Shown: positions 31,474-43,367, numbered from the stretch's first letter. The stretch is DNA of 64,000 nt from an uncultured Chloroflexia bacterium (GCA_963825525.1 CAWGTN010000002.1:800001-864000), one strand, 5' to 3'. A program made the numbers and translations. Notes: generated from the letters alone by a model not told the origin.

Positions 31474-33119
31474 CGACGGTCAGCACGGTCCGAATCGGGA
31501 CGCGCGAGAGCCGCCTGGCGCTGGCCCAGGCACGAATCGCGGCGACCGCCGTCGCGCAGCGCCTCGGTCCCACCCGGTTGGTGCCGATCACGACGCGCGG
31601 CGATGCCATCAGCGCACGACGCCCGAACGCCGGATGGGTCGAGGTCGACGGACAGTTCACGCGCGAGCTCGAACGCGCGCTGCTCGAAGGACGCGTCGAT
31701 CTGGTGGTGCACTCCTACAAGGACCTGCCCACCGAACCGGTCCCCGGCCTCCACATCGGCGCGGTTCTCGAGCGGGCCGACGCACGCGATTGCCTGGTGA
31801 CCGCCGACGACCGAACGCTCGATGACCTTCCGTTCGGCGCGCGGATCGGCACGAGCTCGCCGCGACGCGCCGCGCAGCTGGCAGCAGCACGCTCGGACCT
31901 CATCGCGGTGCCGGTGCGCGGCAACGTGGAGTCACGGCTCGGCCGGCTGTACGCCGGAGAATTCGACGGCCTGATGCTCGCCGCGGCCGGACTGGATCGG
32001 CTCGGCATCGCAGTTCCCGCTCATGCGCGTCTGCCGTTCGACCTCGTCCTCCCTGCCCCGGCACAGGGCGCCCTGGCCATCCAGATCCGTGCCGGCGACG
32101 CGTCGCTGCAAGCAGCGCTCGAAGGCGTGGACCATGGGCCGACGCGGGTCGGGGTGGAGGCGGAGCGGACGCTGCTACGGGCCATCGGCGGTGGCTGTCT
32201 CGCCCCACTCGGCGCTCTCGGGGAAGTGGCCCATGACGAGCTTCGCCTGCGCGCGACCTTCGAGGACGCCGACGGCGCCATTCGACGAGCGGATTGCCGC
32301 GGCCCAGTCACGGACGCGGCCACGGTCATCGCCGATGTGGCCGCCCGGATCAGCCGACGCATGACCCGTCCCATTCTTGTGACGCGCCCCGCGGGCCAGG
32401 CCAATGAGCTCCTGGCGCTCCTCGAGCAGCGTGGCGTTGGCGCGGTCAGCGTGCCCACCGTGGCGATCGACACGGCATCGGCGGCCGAGGACCTCGACGC
32501 CATGCTCGACGGGCTCGCAGATGCCGATTGGCTGGTCCTGACCAGCGCGAACGGCGCCGAGGCGCTGGCCTCGCGGATCGTGGCCACGGGCCAGGAGCTG
32601 CCGGCCGCGATCCGGGTGGCGGCCGTCGGTCCCGCGACCGCCGACGCCCTCGCGCAGGCCGGGATCCGCGTTGACCACGTGCCGTCCGACTACCTCACGG
32701 TGGCGATCGCCGAAGGGCTCGGCGATGTCTCCGGCCGCCGCGTGGTGCTCGCCCGCGCCGATGCCGCAACACCGGACCTGCACCGGGCACTGGTGGCGCG
32801 GGGGGCCCGAGTGGAGGAGGTCGTGGCCTATCGCACGGTCGAGGGACCGGGCGTCAACAGGGATCGGTTGCAGTCGCTCCTCCAGGGCGACCTCGCCGGC
32901 GTCGCGTTCACGAGCGGATCGACCGTCCGCGGCCTGACGCGCCTTGCCGGCGGAGTCCATCGCGCGCGGGCGCGGCTGCTCCCTGCCTACTGCATCGGCC
33001 CGGTGACGGCGGCCGAGGCCCGCCAATCGGGCTTCCACATCGCCGGCGTCGCCACCGTCCACACGGCCGAAGCCCTCGCCGATCTCATCGCCACCGACCT
33101 TTCACGGGAGAACCCATGA
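31470..33119 (+). CDS. hemC: Hydroxymethylbilane synthase fused in frame to uroporphyrinogen-III synthase (HemC-HemD; the HemD part begins at ATG 32361)
   Basis: IGTRESRLALAQ, VHSYKDLP, GTSSPRR, GGGCLAP; then ILVTRP, LTSANG, VGPATA, FTSGST. Confidence 0.88.
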   Translation: MTTVSTVRIGTRESRLALAQARIAATAVAQRLGPTRLVPITTRGDAISARRPNAGWVEVDGQFTRELERALLEGRVDLVVHSYKDLPTEPVPGLHIGAVLERADARDCLVTADDRTLDDLPFGARIGTSSPRRAAQLAAARSDLIAVPVRGNVESRLGRLYAGEFDGLMLAAAGLDRLGIAVPAHARLPFDLVLPAPAQGALAIQIRAGDASLQAALEGVDHGPTRVGVEAERTLLRAIGGGCLAPLGALGEVAHDELRLRATFEDADGAIRRADCRGPVTDAATVIADVAARISRRMTRPILVTRPAGQANELLALLEQRGVGAVSVPTVAIDTASAAEDLDAMLDGLADADWLVLTSANGAEALASRIVATGQELPAAIRVAAVGPATADALAQAGIRVDHVPSDYLTVAIAEGLGDVSGRRVVLARADAATPDLHRALVARGARVEEVVAYRTVEGPGVNRDRLQSLLQGDLAGVAFTSGSTVRGLTRLAGGVHRARARLLPAYCIGPVTAAEARQSGFHIAGVATVHTAEALADLIATDLSRENP

Positions 33120-34130
33120 CCCTCATCTCCGAAGCACGAACCGCCGCCGCGATCCACCGCGGTCGCCGGCTTCGACGTACGCCGGCACTCCGTGCGCTCG
33201 TGCGCGAGACGCGACTCGATCCGGGCATGCTCGTCGCGCCGCTCTTCGTGCGGCCCGGCCGGGGAGTGCGCGAAGAGATCGGCTCCATGCCCGGTCAGCA
33301 CCGCCTCAGCGTGGACCTCGCTGGCCGAGCACGCCTTGCAGCTCATGCGGGCCGGTGTCCGATCGGTCCTCCTCTTCGGGCTGCCGGATGGCAAGGACGG
33401 CGAGGGGTCCGGGGCATGGGCCGATGACGGCATCGTCCAGCAGGCGCTGCGCGCGATTCGGCTTGCGGTGGGCGACGAGCTCGCGGTCATCGCCGACGTC
33501 TGCCTGTGCGAATACACCTCGCACGGCCACTGCGGCGTCCTCGATGGCACGAGCCATCGACAACGACGCAACCCTGCCGCTCCTCGCGCGCGCTGCCGCA
33601 TCGTTGGCGCGGGCCGGGCGCCGACATCGTGGCGCCGAGCGCGATGATGGACGGCCAGGTCGCCGCCCTCCGATCCGCACCTCGACGAGCAGGACCTGGT
33701 CGACACGGCGATCCTCGCCTACGCGGCGAAGCACGCATCGGCCTTCTATGGGCCATTCCGGGAAGCTGCCGATTCGGCGCCGGCCTTCGGCGACCGGCGT
33801 GCGTACCAGATGGACGCCGCCAACGGTCGGGAGGCGTTGACCGAGATCCTGGCTGACGTCGACGAGGGCGCCGACATGATCATGGTCAAGCCGGCCCTGC
33901 CGGCCCTCGATATCGTCGCCGCGGCGCGCGCCGCCATCGATCTGCCGATCGCTGCCTACCAGGTCAGCGGCGAGTATGCCGCCATCTGCGCGGCCGCCGA
34001 GCGTGGCTGGCTGGACCGCCGAGGCGCGGCGCTCGAGTCGCTCACCGCCATCGCACGGGCCGGCGCCGGCATCATCGTCACCTACTTCGCGCTCGAGGCC
34101 GCCGGCTGGCTGCGGGAGACGGACCGATGA
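33116..34130 (+). CDS. hemB: Porphobilinogen synthase; several apparent frameshifts
   Basis: [54 protein letters not shown] spread over frames. Confidence 0.88.
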
Positions 34131-34809
34131 GCGACGAGCGATTCGTCCACGCCTGGCTCCTGCGCCTCGACCCGGCCTGGCGCCGACTGGACGCCGCGGC
34201 GCGCCGGGCGGACATCGACGCGTTCTGTGTCGCTGCTGCGCGCACCGACCAACGGCTGATGCAACACAGCTACTCGACCATCGGCCTTCGCGCGGAAGGC
34301 GACCTCCTGCTGTGGCGCATGAGCGAGTCCATCGAGGCGGTCGAGGAGACCGCGGCTGACCTCCTCTCGACCGGGATCGGTCGCTGGCTGACGCCGGCCA
34401 TCAGCATGATCGGGCTCACCCGTCCCTCGCAGTACGTGAAGCGGCCGACGGCCCAGGAGCAGTCGCTGTTCAGCGGCGAGCGCTCGAAGTACGTCGTCGT
34501 CTATCCGTTCACGAAGTCGGTCGAGTGGTACCTCACCCCGGCCGAGGAACGACAGGAGGTGATGAAGGGCCACATGCGGGTCGGACACCGCTACCCGCAG
34601 GTCCGCCAGCTGCTGGCGTACTCCTTCGGGCTCGACGACCAGGAGTTCATCGTCGCGTACGAGACCGATGAGCTCATCGCCTTCCAGGACCTCGTCCGCG
34701 AGCTGCGCGAGACCGAGTCACGCCGTTCAACCATCCGCGACACGCCGATCATCACCGGCATCCATCGGCCACTCGGCGAGATCCTGGATATGCTGTCGGG
34801 ACCCGATCG

Positions 34810-34813
<4 letters not shown>
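34127..34813 (+). CDS. hemQ: Coproheme decarboxylase (chlorite dismutase family)
   Basis: [39 protein letters not shown]; inside heme operon. Confidence 0.85.
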
Positions 34814-36067
<1,254 letters not shown>

Positions 36068-36071
<4 letters not shown>

Positions 36072-37130
36072 TCGAGAGCATCCCCTCACCCACCACCGCC
36101 TGGACCGGCGAGGCCCGGTTCTGCGCCGCCCTGGGCCACGAGCAGCCCGATCGCACGCCGATCTGGTTCATGCGGCAGGCCGGTCGCTGCCTGGCCGACT
36201 ATCGGAAGCTGCGCGAGCGCTACCCGATCCTGACGCTGGCCAAGACGCCCGAGCTGTGCGCGGAAGTGACCGTCATGCCGGTCGATGCCTTCGGCGTCGA
36301 CGCGGCGGTCCTGTTCGCCGACATCATGATCCCGCTCGAGCCGATGGGCGTCAGCCTCGAGATCCAGCCCGACGTGGGGCCGATCATCCATGACCCGATC
36401 CGCTCGCGGGCACAGATCGATGCCCTGCGCTCCTTCGATCCGGCCGACGAGACCGCCTTCGTCATGGATGCCATCCGGCTCGTCCGACAGCAGCTCGACG
36501 GGAAACAGGCCGTCATCGGCTTCAGCGGCTCGCCGTTCACCCTGGCCTGCTACCTCATCGAGGGCAGACCATCGCGCGACTACGCGATCGCCAAGGCCTT
36601 CATGTACCGCGAGCCCGAGGCGTGGCACGCGCTGATGGAGAAGCTGTCGACGTGTCGTCATCGACTACCTCAACGCCCAGATCGAGGCCGGGGTGCACGT
36701 CGTCCAGCTCTTCGACTCGTGGGTGGGATCGCTCGGGCCGTCTGACTACGTGACGTATGTCCAGCCACACGTGGCTCGCATCTTCGCGGGCATCCGGGGT
36801 GCGCCGGCCATCCACTTCGGGACCGGCACCGCCGCGCTCCTGGAGCCGATGACGGTCGCCGGCGGCGACATCATTGGCGTCGACCATCGCCAGTCGCTCG
36901 ATCGAGCCTGGGAGCGCATCGGCTTCGACCGGGGCGTGCAGGGCAACCTGGACAGCACCCGCGTCATCGCGGGTTGGGAGGCGACTGCCGACGGCGCACG
37001 GGACGTCCTGCGTCGCGCGGCGAACCGGCCCGGCCACATCTTCAACCTCGGGCACGGCGTCCTGCCCGACAGCGACCCGGACGTGCTCCGACGGCTCGTC
37101 GACCTCGTGCACACCGAGTCGGCGCGATGA
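36068..37130 (+). CDS. hemE: Uroporphyrinogen decarboxylase; apparent frameshift ~36655
   Basis: WFMRQAGR, FADIM, QLFDSW, QGNLD, FNLGHG. Confidence 0.9.
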
Positions 37131-38060
37131 GTGATCGCCTCGGCGTCCTGCTCATGACGTACGGCTCGCCGGCCGACGACCTCCACGACCTGCCCGAGTA
37201 CCTCGCGGCAGTGCGGGGTGGACGCGCGCCCGATGACGAGCTGGTCGCCGAGTTCCGGCGGCGCTACGAGCTCATCGGCGGGTCACCGCTCATCCAGATC
37301 ACCCGTGCCCAGGCGGCGGCCGTGGAAGACCGCCTTCGGGCGGACGGCATCGACGCCTCAGCGACCGTCGGCATGCGCTTCTCCGCGCCCACGGTCCTCG
37401 ACGGCCTCCGCGAGCTGCGCGAGCTCGGATGCGAACGAGTGAGCGCCATCGTCATGAGCCCGCAGTACTCGGAGCTGCTCATGGCCGGGTACCGGCGCGC
37501 GATCGACGGCGGCGGTGGAAGAGCTGGGCACGTCCGCTCCGGCGGTGGAGCTGGCACCGGCATGGCATCGCGAGCCCGGGTTCATCGAGGCGGTGGCGGA
37601 GAAGGTGCGCGACGGCCTGGCGGAGCTTCCGGCCGGCACGCCGGTGCTGCTCACCGCCCATTCGCTTCCGCGCCGCGTCGCCGATGCTGAGCCTGGGTAC
37701 CTCGACCAGCTGCAGCGTCACGGCGGAGGCGGTGGCCGCGTGCCGCCGGCATCCCCGACGACGGCTGGCACTTCTGCTGGCAGTCGGCCGGCCACGAGCC
37801 CGGCGAGTGGATGAAGCCCGACTTCAGCGACCTCCTGCCCGCAGCTGCGTGACGCCGGTCACCGGTCGGTCCTCGTCGCGCCGATCCAGTTCCTGGCCGA
37901 CCACCTCGAGATCCTCTACGACGTCGACATCGGCGCACGCGAGCAGGCGACGGCCGCCGGCATGGCGTTCGCCCGGATCGAGTCACTCAACGTCTCGCCC
38001 ACCTTCATCGGCACGCTCGCCACGATCGCCGCTCGGAGCCTCGCGCCAGCGGAGGCCTGA
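37127..38060 (+). CDS. hemH: (Copro)porphyrin ferrochelatase; several apparent frameshifts
   Basis: GVLLMTYGSP, RRYELIGGSPL, PQYS, TAHSLP, WQSAG, FLADHLEILYDVD. Confidence 0.88.
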
Positions 38061-38095
38061 CGCGCGGCGACGGCCTCATCGGCTAGGGTGAGCCG

Positions 38096-38545
38096 ATGCA
38101 GCGAGTCGAACGGCGCGCGACGATCCAGGCACCACCCGACGAGGTCTTCGCGTACCTCGCGGACCTCGATCGGCTGGCCGAGTGGCAGAGCGGCGTCACG
38201 GAGGCGCGCCGCACGTCCGACGGCGAGATGCGTGTCGGTGCCACCGCTCACGTCACGCGCCAGCTGATGGGCCAGCGCATCGATGCGCCCCTGACCGTGA
38301 CCGCCTACGAGCCGCCGCGCCGGCTGGCCATCGAGAGCGAGGTGAGCGGCGTCCGCGCGGACGCCACGCTCGAGGTCGCACCGTCCGGCACGGGCAGCGA
38401 GGTCACGTTCGCCATGGAGATCCGCGGCTCGATGCTGACCGCGTTCATGGAGCCGATGATCGCCTCGGCAGCCGGGGGCGACATCCAGGCCAGCCTCGAG
38501 CGCCTGAGCTCCCGCCTCGAGGGCGGCCCGAAGCCGGCCGCCTAG
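38096..38545 (+). CDS. SRPBCC/polyketide cyclase family protein
   Basis: TIQAPPDEVFAYLAD...EW pattern; leaderless TAGGGT -10. Confidence 0.85.
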   Translation: MQRVERRATIQAPPDEVFAYLADLDRLAEWQSGVTEARRTSDGEMRVGATAHVTRQLMGQRIDAPLTVTAYEPPRRLAIESEVSGVRADATLEVAPSGTGSEVTFAMEIRGSMLTAFMEPMIASAAGGDIQASLERLSSRLEGGPKPAA

Positions 38546-39018
38546 CCCCCGAGCGCGATCGTCACGGCCACCTGGTTGCTGTACGCGCTCGTCCAGCCGG
38601 GCGACAGCGAGCGCACGACGTAGTAGTAGGTCGTGAGCGTCGAGAGCGCCCCGTTGTCCGTCCAGCTCGCCGTGGTCCGACCCGCGGCCGTCGCCACGAG
38701 CACGTAGCCTGACCCATTCGTCGTGGAGCGCCACACCTCGTACCCGGTGGCGAAGGCGTCGGGCGTCGGGGTCCACGACAGCTGCGGACGCGAGACGAGT
38801 CCGGCCGTGCAGATCACGAGGGTCGCGGCGCACGTGACGTTGGACGGCGGATCGAGTACCTGGACCGAGGACGTTACCGGCTGGGCCCCGACACTCGAGA
38901 ACGCCGCCATGGAGCTGTTGCCGCCACCGGAGAAGGCGACCGCGACGAGCACGGCGACGCCGAGCCAGCTCGCGAGGCGTCGCCGGCCGCGGGTGTGCCA
39001 GGTGGATACCGGGTCCAT
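38542..39018 (-). CDS. Secreted protein with SipW-type signal peptide and fibronectin-III-like domain
   Basis: TM then SSMAAFSS; LSWTP, GYEVWRS, YYYVVRS. Confidence 0.7.
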   Translation of the reverse strand: MDPVSTWHTRGRRRLASWLGVAVLVAVAFSGGGNSSMAAFSSVGAQPVTSSVQVLDPPSNVTCAATLVICTAGLVSRPQLSWTPTPDAFATGYEVWRSTTNGSGYVLVATAAGRTTASWTDNGALSTLTTYYYVVRSLSPGWTSAYSNQVAVTIALGG

Positions 39019-39163
39019 GCGGCTTCGAGTGTCGGGCGCCTCAGCGCCGAGCGAAACCCATCGATGCGCCGTGGATCGCCACCGATGGTCCTATTGGTCG
39101 CCGTGCGCGCGTGCCCCACGCTGGAGCCAAGACATTCGTCACTTTGCGGGGAGACTCCACTCG

Positions 39164-39766
39164 ATGGTCACCAAGACCACCTCCATGCGCGAGCGTGCGC
39201 TCGCGTTCCTTCTTCCGGGTGTTGCCATGGTCGGCATCGGGGCCGGCAGCCTCAGCCTCGCGCTGTTCACCGACAGCGCCAGCGTCGACGGGACGTTCAC
39301 GGCAGGCACGATCAGCCTCGACCCCAGCGACGTCGCATCGCTGTCGCTCTCGTCCGGCGCGCTGCTGCCCGGCGACGTGCTGACCGACGACGTCACGATC
39401 ACGAACGACGGCACCGCCGAGCTGCGCTACAGCGTCGCGACCTCGAGCACGAACGCCGACACCCTCGCGCTGCGCGACGTCCTGACGCTGACCGTGCGCG
39501 AGGTCGACACAACGACGCCCGTCACGCCCTGCAACGACTTCGACGGCACGCTGGTCGTCGCACAGACGGCCTTCGGGGCCAGCTCGGTCGGCATCGGCGA
39601 TGCCACCGCAGGCGAGCAGGCCGGTGACCGCACCCTGGCTGCCGCCAGCAGCGAGACGCTCTGCTTCCGCATGAGCCTCCCGTCGGCGACCGGCAACGCC
39701 TACCAGGGCGCGACGACCACTACGACGTTCACCTTCAACGCCGAGCAGACCGCCAACAACCCGTAG
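39164..39766 (+). CDS. TasA/camelysin-like fibre protein with SipW-dependent signal peptide
   Basis: SLALFTDS...FTAGTI, LLPGD, NDGT..LRY, GNAYQG.....TFTFNAEQ; adjacent to sipW. Confidence 0.8.
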   Translation: MVTKTTSMRERALAFLLPGVAMVGIGAGSLSLALFTDSASVDGTFTAGTISLDPSDVASLSLSSGALLPGDVLTDDVTITNDGTAELRYSVATSSTNADTLALRDVLTLTVREVDTTTPVTPCNDFDGTLVVAQTAFGASSVGIGDATAGEQAGDRTLAAASSETLCFRMSLPSATGNAYQGATTTTTFTFNAEQTANNP

Positions 39767-39785
39767 CGGCCGTGAGATCCACGCG

Positions 39786-40367
39786 ATGATCGAGCTGCTC
39801 GTCCTCCGGACGTGGCGGGTCATCCTGGGCGGCCTGATCGTCATCCTGTCCGCCACGGTGCTGCTGCTCGGGATCGGCGCGCGCGTCGGACCTGCCATGG
39901 GCTACGAGCTCTATGCGATCCGCAGCGGGTCCATGGAGCCGTCCATCGGCGTGGGGTCGCTCACCGTGGTGGACCGCTCGCGGACGCCCGGCGTGGGCGA
40001 GGTCGCCACCTTCCGGCTGTCGAACGGCACCGCCGTGACGCACCGCGTGACCCGGGTCGTCGAGATGGACGGGCAGCGCTGGATCGAGACCCGTGGCGAC
40101 GCGAACGCGGCACCTGACCCGGCGCTCATCCCGTCGGACGCCGTCGTCGGCGTGGTGGCGACCCGCATCGCCTTCCTGGGCTACCTCCTGGCGCTCCTGG
40201 CCATGCCGACCGGCATCGTCACGCTGCTGGCGACCGGTGCCACGCTCCTCGTCGCGAACCGGCTCGTCGAGGGCGCGGAGGGACGAGCCATCGAGCGACG
40301 CGACCGTCGACATCGGCGATCTGCGCTGAGCCATCGCCGAACGCTGGCCCCGCTCTCCGGCCACTGA
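39786..40367 (+). CDS. sipW: Signal peptidase I, SipW (Ser-His, ER-type)
   Basis: SGSMEPSI, VTHRV, TRGDANAAPD. Confidence 0.88.
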   Translation: MIELLVLRTWRVILGGLIVILSATVLLLGIGARVGPAMGYELYAIRSGSMEPSIGVGSLTVVDRSRTPGVGEVATFRLSNGTAVTHRVTRVVEMDGQRWIETRGDANAAPDPALIPSDAVVGVVATRIAFLGYLLALLAMPTGIVTLLATGATLLVANRLVEGAEGRAIERRDRRHRRSALSHRRTLAPLSGH

Positions 40368-40409
40368 CGACCACCTGACGGCTAAAGCTCGCCAGTCCAC
40401 CAGCCCCAG

Positions 40410-40429
40410 TACCTTGACACGCCAAGGTA
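40410..40429. promoter_or_regulatory. Putative PadR operator
   Basis: TACCTTG-N6-CAAGGTA overlapping TAGTAT -10 just upstream of the padR ATG. Confidence 0.6.
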
Positions 40430-40441
40430 GTATTGCCGAGG

Positions 40442-40783
40442 ATGGACGAGACGAAACGCATCGCCCTGCGCAAGGGCCTGCTCGAGTACCTGATTCTCGC
40501 GATCGCCTCGAACGACCGCGTCTACGCCGCCGACATCCTGGAACGCCTCCAAACGACCGACTTCGCCACCCAGGAGGGAACGCTCTATCCCCTGCTGAGC
40601 AAGATGCGCAGGGAGCAGCTGCTGGACTACGAGTGGCGCGAGTCGGCCTCCGGGCCGCCGCGCAAGTACTACGGGCTCACGGATGCCGGCCGAACGCAGC
40701 TGACCGGCTTCCGAGCGTATTGGGGGTCGATCAACCACCTCATCGACGAACTGGGCAGGAGCCACCATGCACCGAGTGATTGA
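40442..40783 (+). CDS. PadR family transcriptional regulator
   Basis: LRKGLLEYLIL, EGTLYPLL, W.ES.SGPPRKYY. Confidence 0.9.
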   Translation: MDETKRIALRKGLLEYLILAIASNDRVYAADILERLQTTDFATQEGTLYPLLSKMRREQLLDYEWRESASGPPRKYYGLTDAGRTQLTGFRAYWGSINHLIDELGRSHHAPSD

Positions 40784-41303
40784 CATCAGCCTGGCCGGGC
40801 ACCCCGCCCCGTTCCGGCTCCACGACGACGCCTACGACATGCTCCAGCGCTACCTCGAGGGCGCGCGGTCCGGACTGGCCGACGAGGCCGATCTGGCCGA
40901 AGTCATCGACGATCTCGAGCGATCCATCGGCGAGAAGCTGACGGCCGGCTTGAACAACGACCGAGGGGTGGTCAGCTCGACGCAGATGCTTTCCGTGCTC
41001 GACGAGATGGGGACGGTCGAGCCGGGCACGCCTCCCCTGTCGGCGCCGACTCCGGCGGCACCGGGCACGGGGCGCCGCCGTCTCCTGCGCATCCGGAAAG
41101 GCCAGGAGGTAGCGGGCGTATGTAACGGCCTCGCCGAGTACTCGGGGTCCAACCTCACCCTGGTCCGGTGGATCTTTGCCCTCCTCACGATCTTCACCGG
41201 CGGACTGTTCGGCCTCGTCTACCTGGTCGCCATGTTCATCCTGCCGATCGTCGAGACGCACGCCGACTTCCGCGCAGCGCAGCCGATCGCCAAGGTGGCG
41301 TAA
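40767..41303 (+). CDS. PspC domain-containing membrane protein
   Basis: DDAY..L..YL N-terminus; AGVCNGLAEY...VRWIF PspC domain. Confidence 0.85.
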   Translation: MHRVIDISLAGHPAPFRLHDDAYDMLQRYLEGARSGLADEADLAEVIDDLERSIGEKLTAGLNNDRGVVSSTQMLSVLDEMGTVEPGTPPLSAPTPAAPGTGRRRLLRIRKGQEVAGVCNGLAEYSGSNLTLVRWIFALLTIFTGGLFGLVYLVAMFILPIVETHADFRAAQPIAKVA

Positions 41304-41379
41304 GCGCGTCGGCAGGGCCTCGGACGACCGCCGGCTCAGACCTTGGGCCGGCTCCAGCCCCTCAGGAGGATTTCGAACC

Positions 41380-41895
41380 TTGGGCCTTCCGCGATCGGTC
41401 ATAGCCGCGACACTGAGCATCTGCCTGGCCAGCTGTTCGGCCGCCACTCAGACTCCGGAGGTGTGCCGAGGTGTGCCTGCGGACCTCGGCGGCTGTGATG
41501 AGAATCAGCCCACGTTCTCAGGCACGACGTGTTCGGAGGTCGGGATGCAATTCGGTGAGCAGCTGGATCGGCGATTGGTGGCCGTCATAGACGGCCCGGC
41601 GATTGTCGATGGTCGCGCACGATCGTCACAGGCCCTGGCGTTCACGATTCTGGTGACCCAGCGTGCGAATGAGTACCTGCGCGGCGCCGGGATGGTTCAG
41701 GCCTGTGACGCCGACGAGTTCATGCTGGCGGCGGAAGAGGCATTCACGGATCAACTGATAGATCACGCTGGCTCACTCGTGTCCGAGATCGAGCCACATG
41801 ACTATGAGGACTGGCTGGCCGATCTCCGAGAAGTCGTGCAAGTCATCGATCAGGACGAAGGTCTTCCGTACGAGGGCGTCACTCCATCGGCCTGA
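41380..41895 (+). CDS. Hypothetical lipoprotein
   Basis: AGGAGGA RBS, TTG start, lipobox LASC; codon usage less GC-biased than host genes. Confidence 0.65.
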   Translation: MGLPRSVIAATLSICLASCSAATQTPEVCRGVPADLGGCDENQPTFSGTTCSEVGMQFGEQLDRRLVAVIDGPAIVDGRARSSQALAFTILVTQRANEYLRGAGMVQACDADEFMLAAEEAFTDQLIDHAGSLVSEIEPHDYEDWLADLREVVQVIDQDEGLPYEGVTPSA

Positions 41896-41951
41896 CGGGA
41901 TGCTTGCCGGCACGCCGCTCATGCCGAGTACCCAGAAAGCGCGGTGGGACG

Positions 41952-41983
41952 CGGCAACTTCAGCGCGCTCTATCTACTACCCC
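41952..41983 (+). repeat. Orphan right-end terminal inverted repeat of a second element
   Basis: CGGCAACTT-cagcg-CGCTCTATCTACTACCCC; matches 48148-48178 and is the reverse complement of 41998-42029 outside the 5-bp spacer. Confidence 0.85.
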
Positions 41984-41997
41984 TACCCTCGATTGAG
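41984..41997 (+). repeat. 14-bp target-site duplication, left copy
   Basis: TACCCTCGATTGAG, identical to 48179-48192. Confidence 0.9.
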
Positions 41998-42199
41998 GGG
42001 GTAGTAGATAGAGCGGCCCAAAGTTGCCGGTTCAGGTTGCGAACACATCCGAGAGAACTACGTCCCATCGCTCAGACCGTGGTGACCCGGCCTCGGCCGA
42101 CCTCCTCGCCGCACGTCCGAACCGCAAGACGCTAACAAGGCGTAGCCGTCAGCCGAGGCGCACTGCTCCTGGACTCGGGCGGCCGTGTCGATCGTGCGG

Positions 42200-42510
42200 G
42201 CAACCACCGGGATCCGCCGATCTCGGTGATCGTGCCGGCATGGGCTTGCGGGCACGCTTCTTCTTGGCCGGGTAAGGCTACGGCAGCGGCTCAGTGAGCG
42301 ACGATTTGCCATTTGCGTCCACGAACCAAGCGATCTGGTCGTAGAACTGCCCCTCGTCCGCGTCCCGAAGGATGGTCCTCGGCAGAGTCTCGAGCTTCGT
42401 AGGCGGCTCGCGCCGGGGCGCCACGAAGGCCTGGTACAGCGGATCGTCCTTTGCGGGTCGATGTTGTCCTCGCCGAGGACCATCAAGTTCTCGCCGAACC
42501 GTCGCCGCCG
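42200..42510 (-). pseudogene. Fragment of an unidentified gene
   Basis: Protein-like stretch RRFGENLMVLGEDNID / AKDDPLYQAFVAPRREPPTKLETLPRTILRDADEGQFYDQIAWFVD, broken by a frameshift and a stop, no start. Confidence 0.4.
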
Positions 42511-42518
42511 TCCCCTGC

Positions 42519-43367
42519 CTACCGCCCGACCTCGAGCTGGCGTGCTCCGTTCACGCCGTACGTGACCTTGATAGTGGACTCGCTGAACGTGGCCTGACAT
42601 CCGGCGGTGCAGTCGGCGTCGTCGACATTCGCATCGACAAATTTGGCGGCCTCGCTGTCTTCGCCGCCCAGCAGCGCACTCGCCAGCGCGTTGAATAGTG
42701 GTTTGGCAAGACCCTTATCGATACCTGAGTCGTCGGCAGAGATGACGGCACTGGTTATGCCATCGACATAGTCGGTGGCCCAATAGGCAGCGTTGACCAT
42801 GTACGAGACATCACCATCAGATCCTTGACAGTCAAGGCCATAAGTCGCGCCCATCTCAGGGGATTGAGCATATGACTGGCATTCAAGCCCGAATTCTGCA
42901 GCAGCCGCGGCGACATCGAAGATAGTCGCGCCCGCGACGCCTGCAGGCCTTGGTGGAATGGAGGCATCAGCACCTGGCAACTCGCCCGCAATCTCCGGGG
43001 ACGAAGGCGCAGTTGGCTCTGGCGTAGCCGCGGAGGGACTCGCGCCGTTCGACGGGGCTGGCGCCAGGGACTCCTCAGGCGCTGGAGTGGCTGAGGGCGC
43101 GGGAGCAACGCTGGACGGCTGCGCCTGACTAGGAGACGCCGGCGGTCCGAATCCAACACCCAAGTTCGCTGCCCAGTTGAGCGCCGTCGCTGACAACACG
43201 GCTGCCACGACGATCGTCGCGACAGCAGGCACCACGGGCCACCATGGACGTCGCGAGCGATCAGTGAAGCGCGCAAGATCCAGGCTAGGCGCACGGCGAG
43301 CCCCACTGTCCGCGTACCTCCGCAGCCGTTCGCCCAATACCTGATCCGGATTCGGGGAGTCGCTCAT
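42519..43367 (-). CDS. Putative membrane anti-sigma factor
   Basis: ATGA-coupled to the ECF gene; one TM, Ser/Pro/Ala linker, Cys-containing ectodomain. Confidence 0.7.
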   Translation of the reverse strand: MSDSPNPDQVLGERLRRYADSGARRAPSLDLARFTDRSRRPWWPVVPAVATIVVAAVLSATALNWAANLGVGFGPPASPSQAQPSSVAPAPSATPAPEESLAPAPSNGASPSAATPEPTAPSSPEIAGELPGADASIPPRPAGVAGATIFDVAAAAAEFGLECQSYAQSPEMGATYGLDCQGSDGDVSYMVNAAYWATDYVDGITSAVISADDSGIDKGLAKPLFNALASALLGGEDSEAAKFVDANVDDADCTAGCQATFSESTIKVTYGVNGARQLEVGR

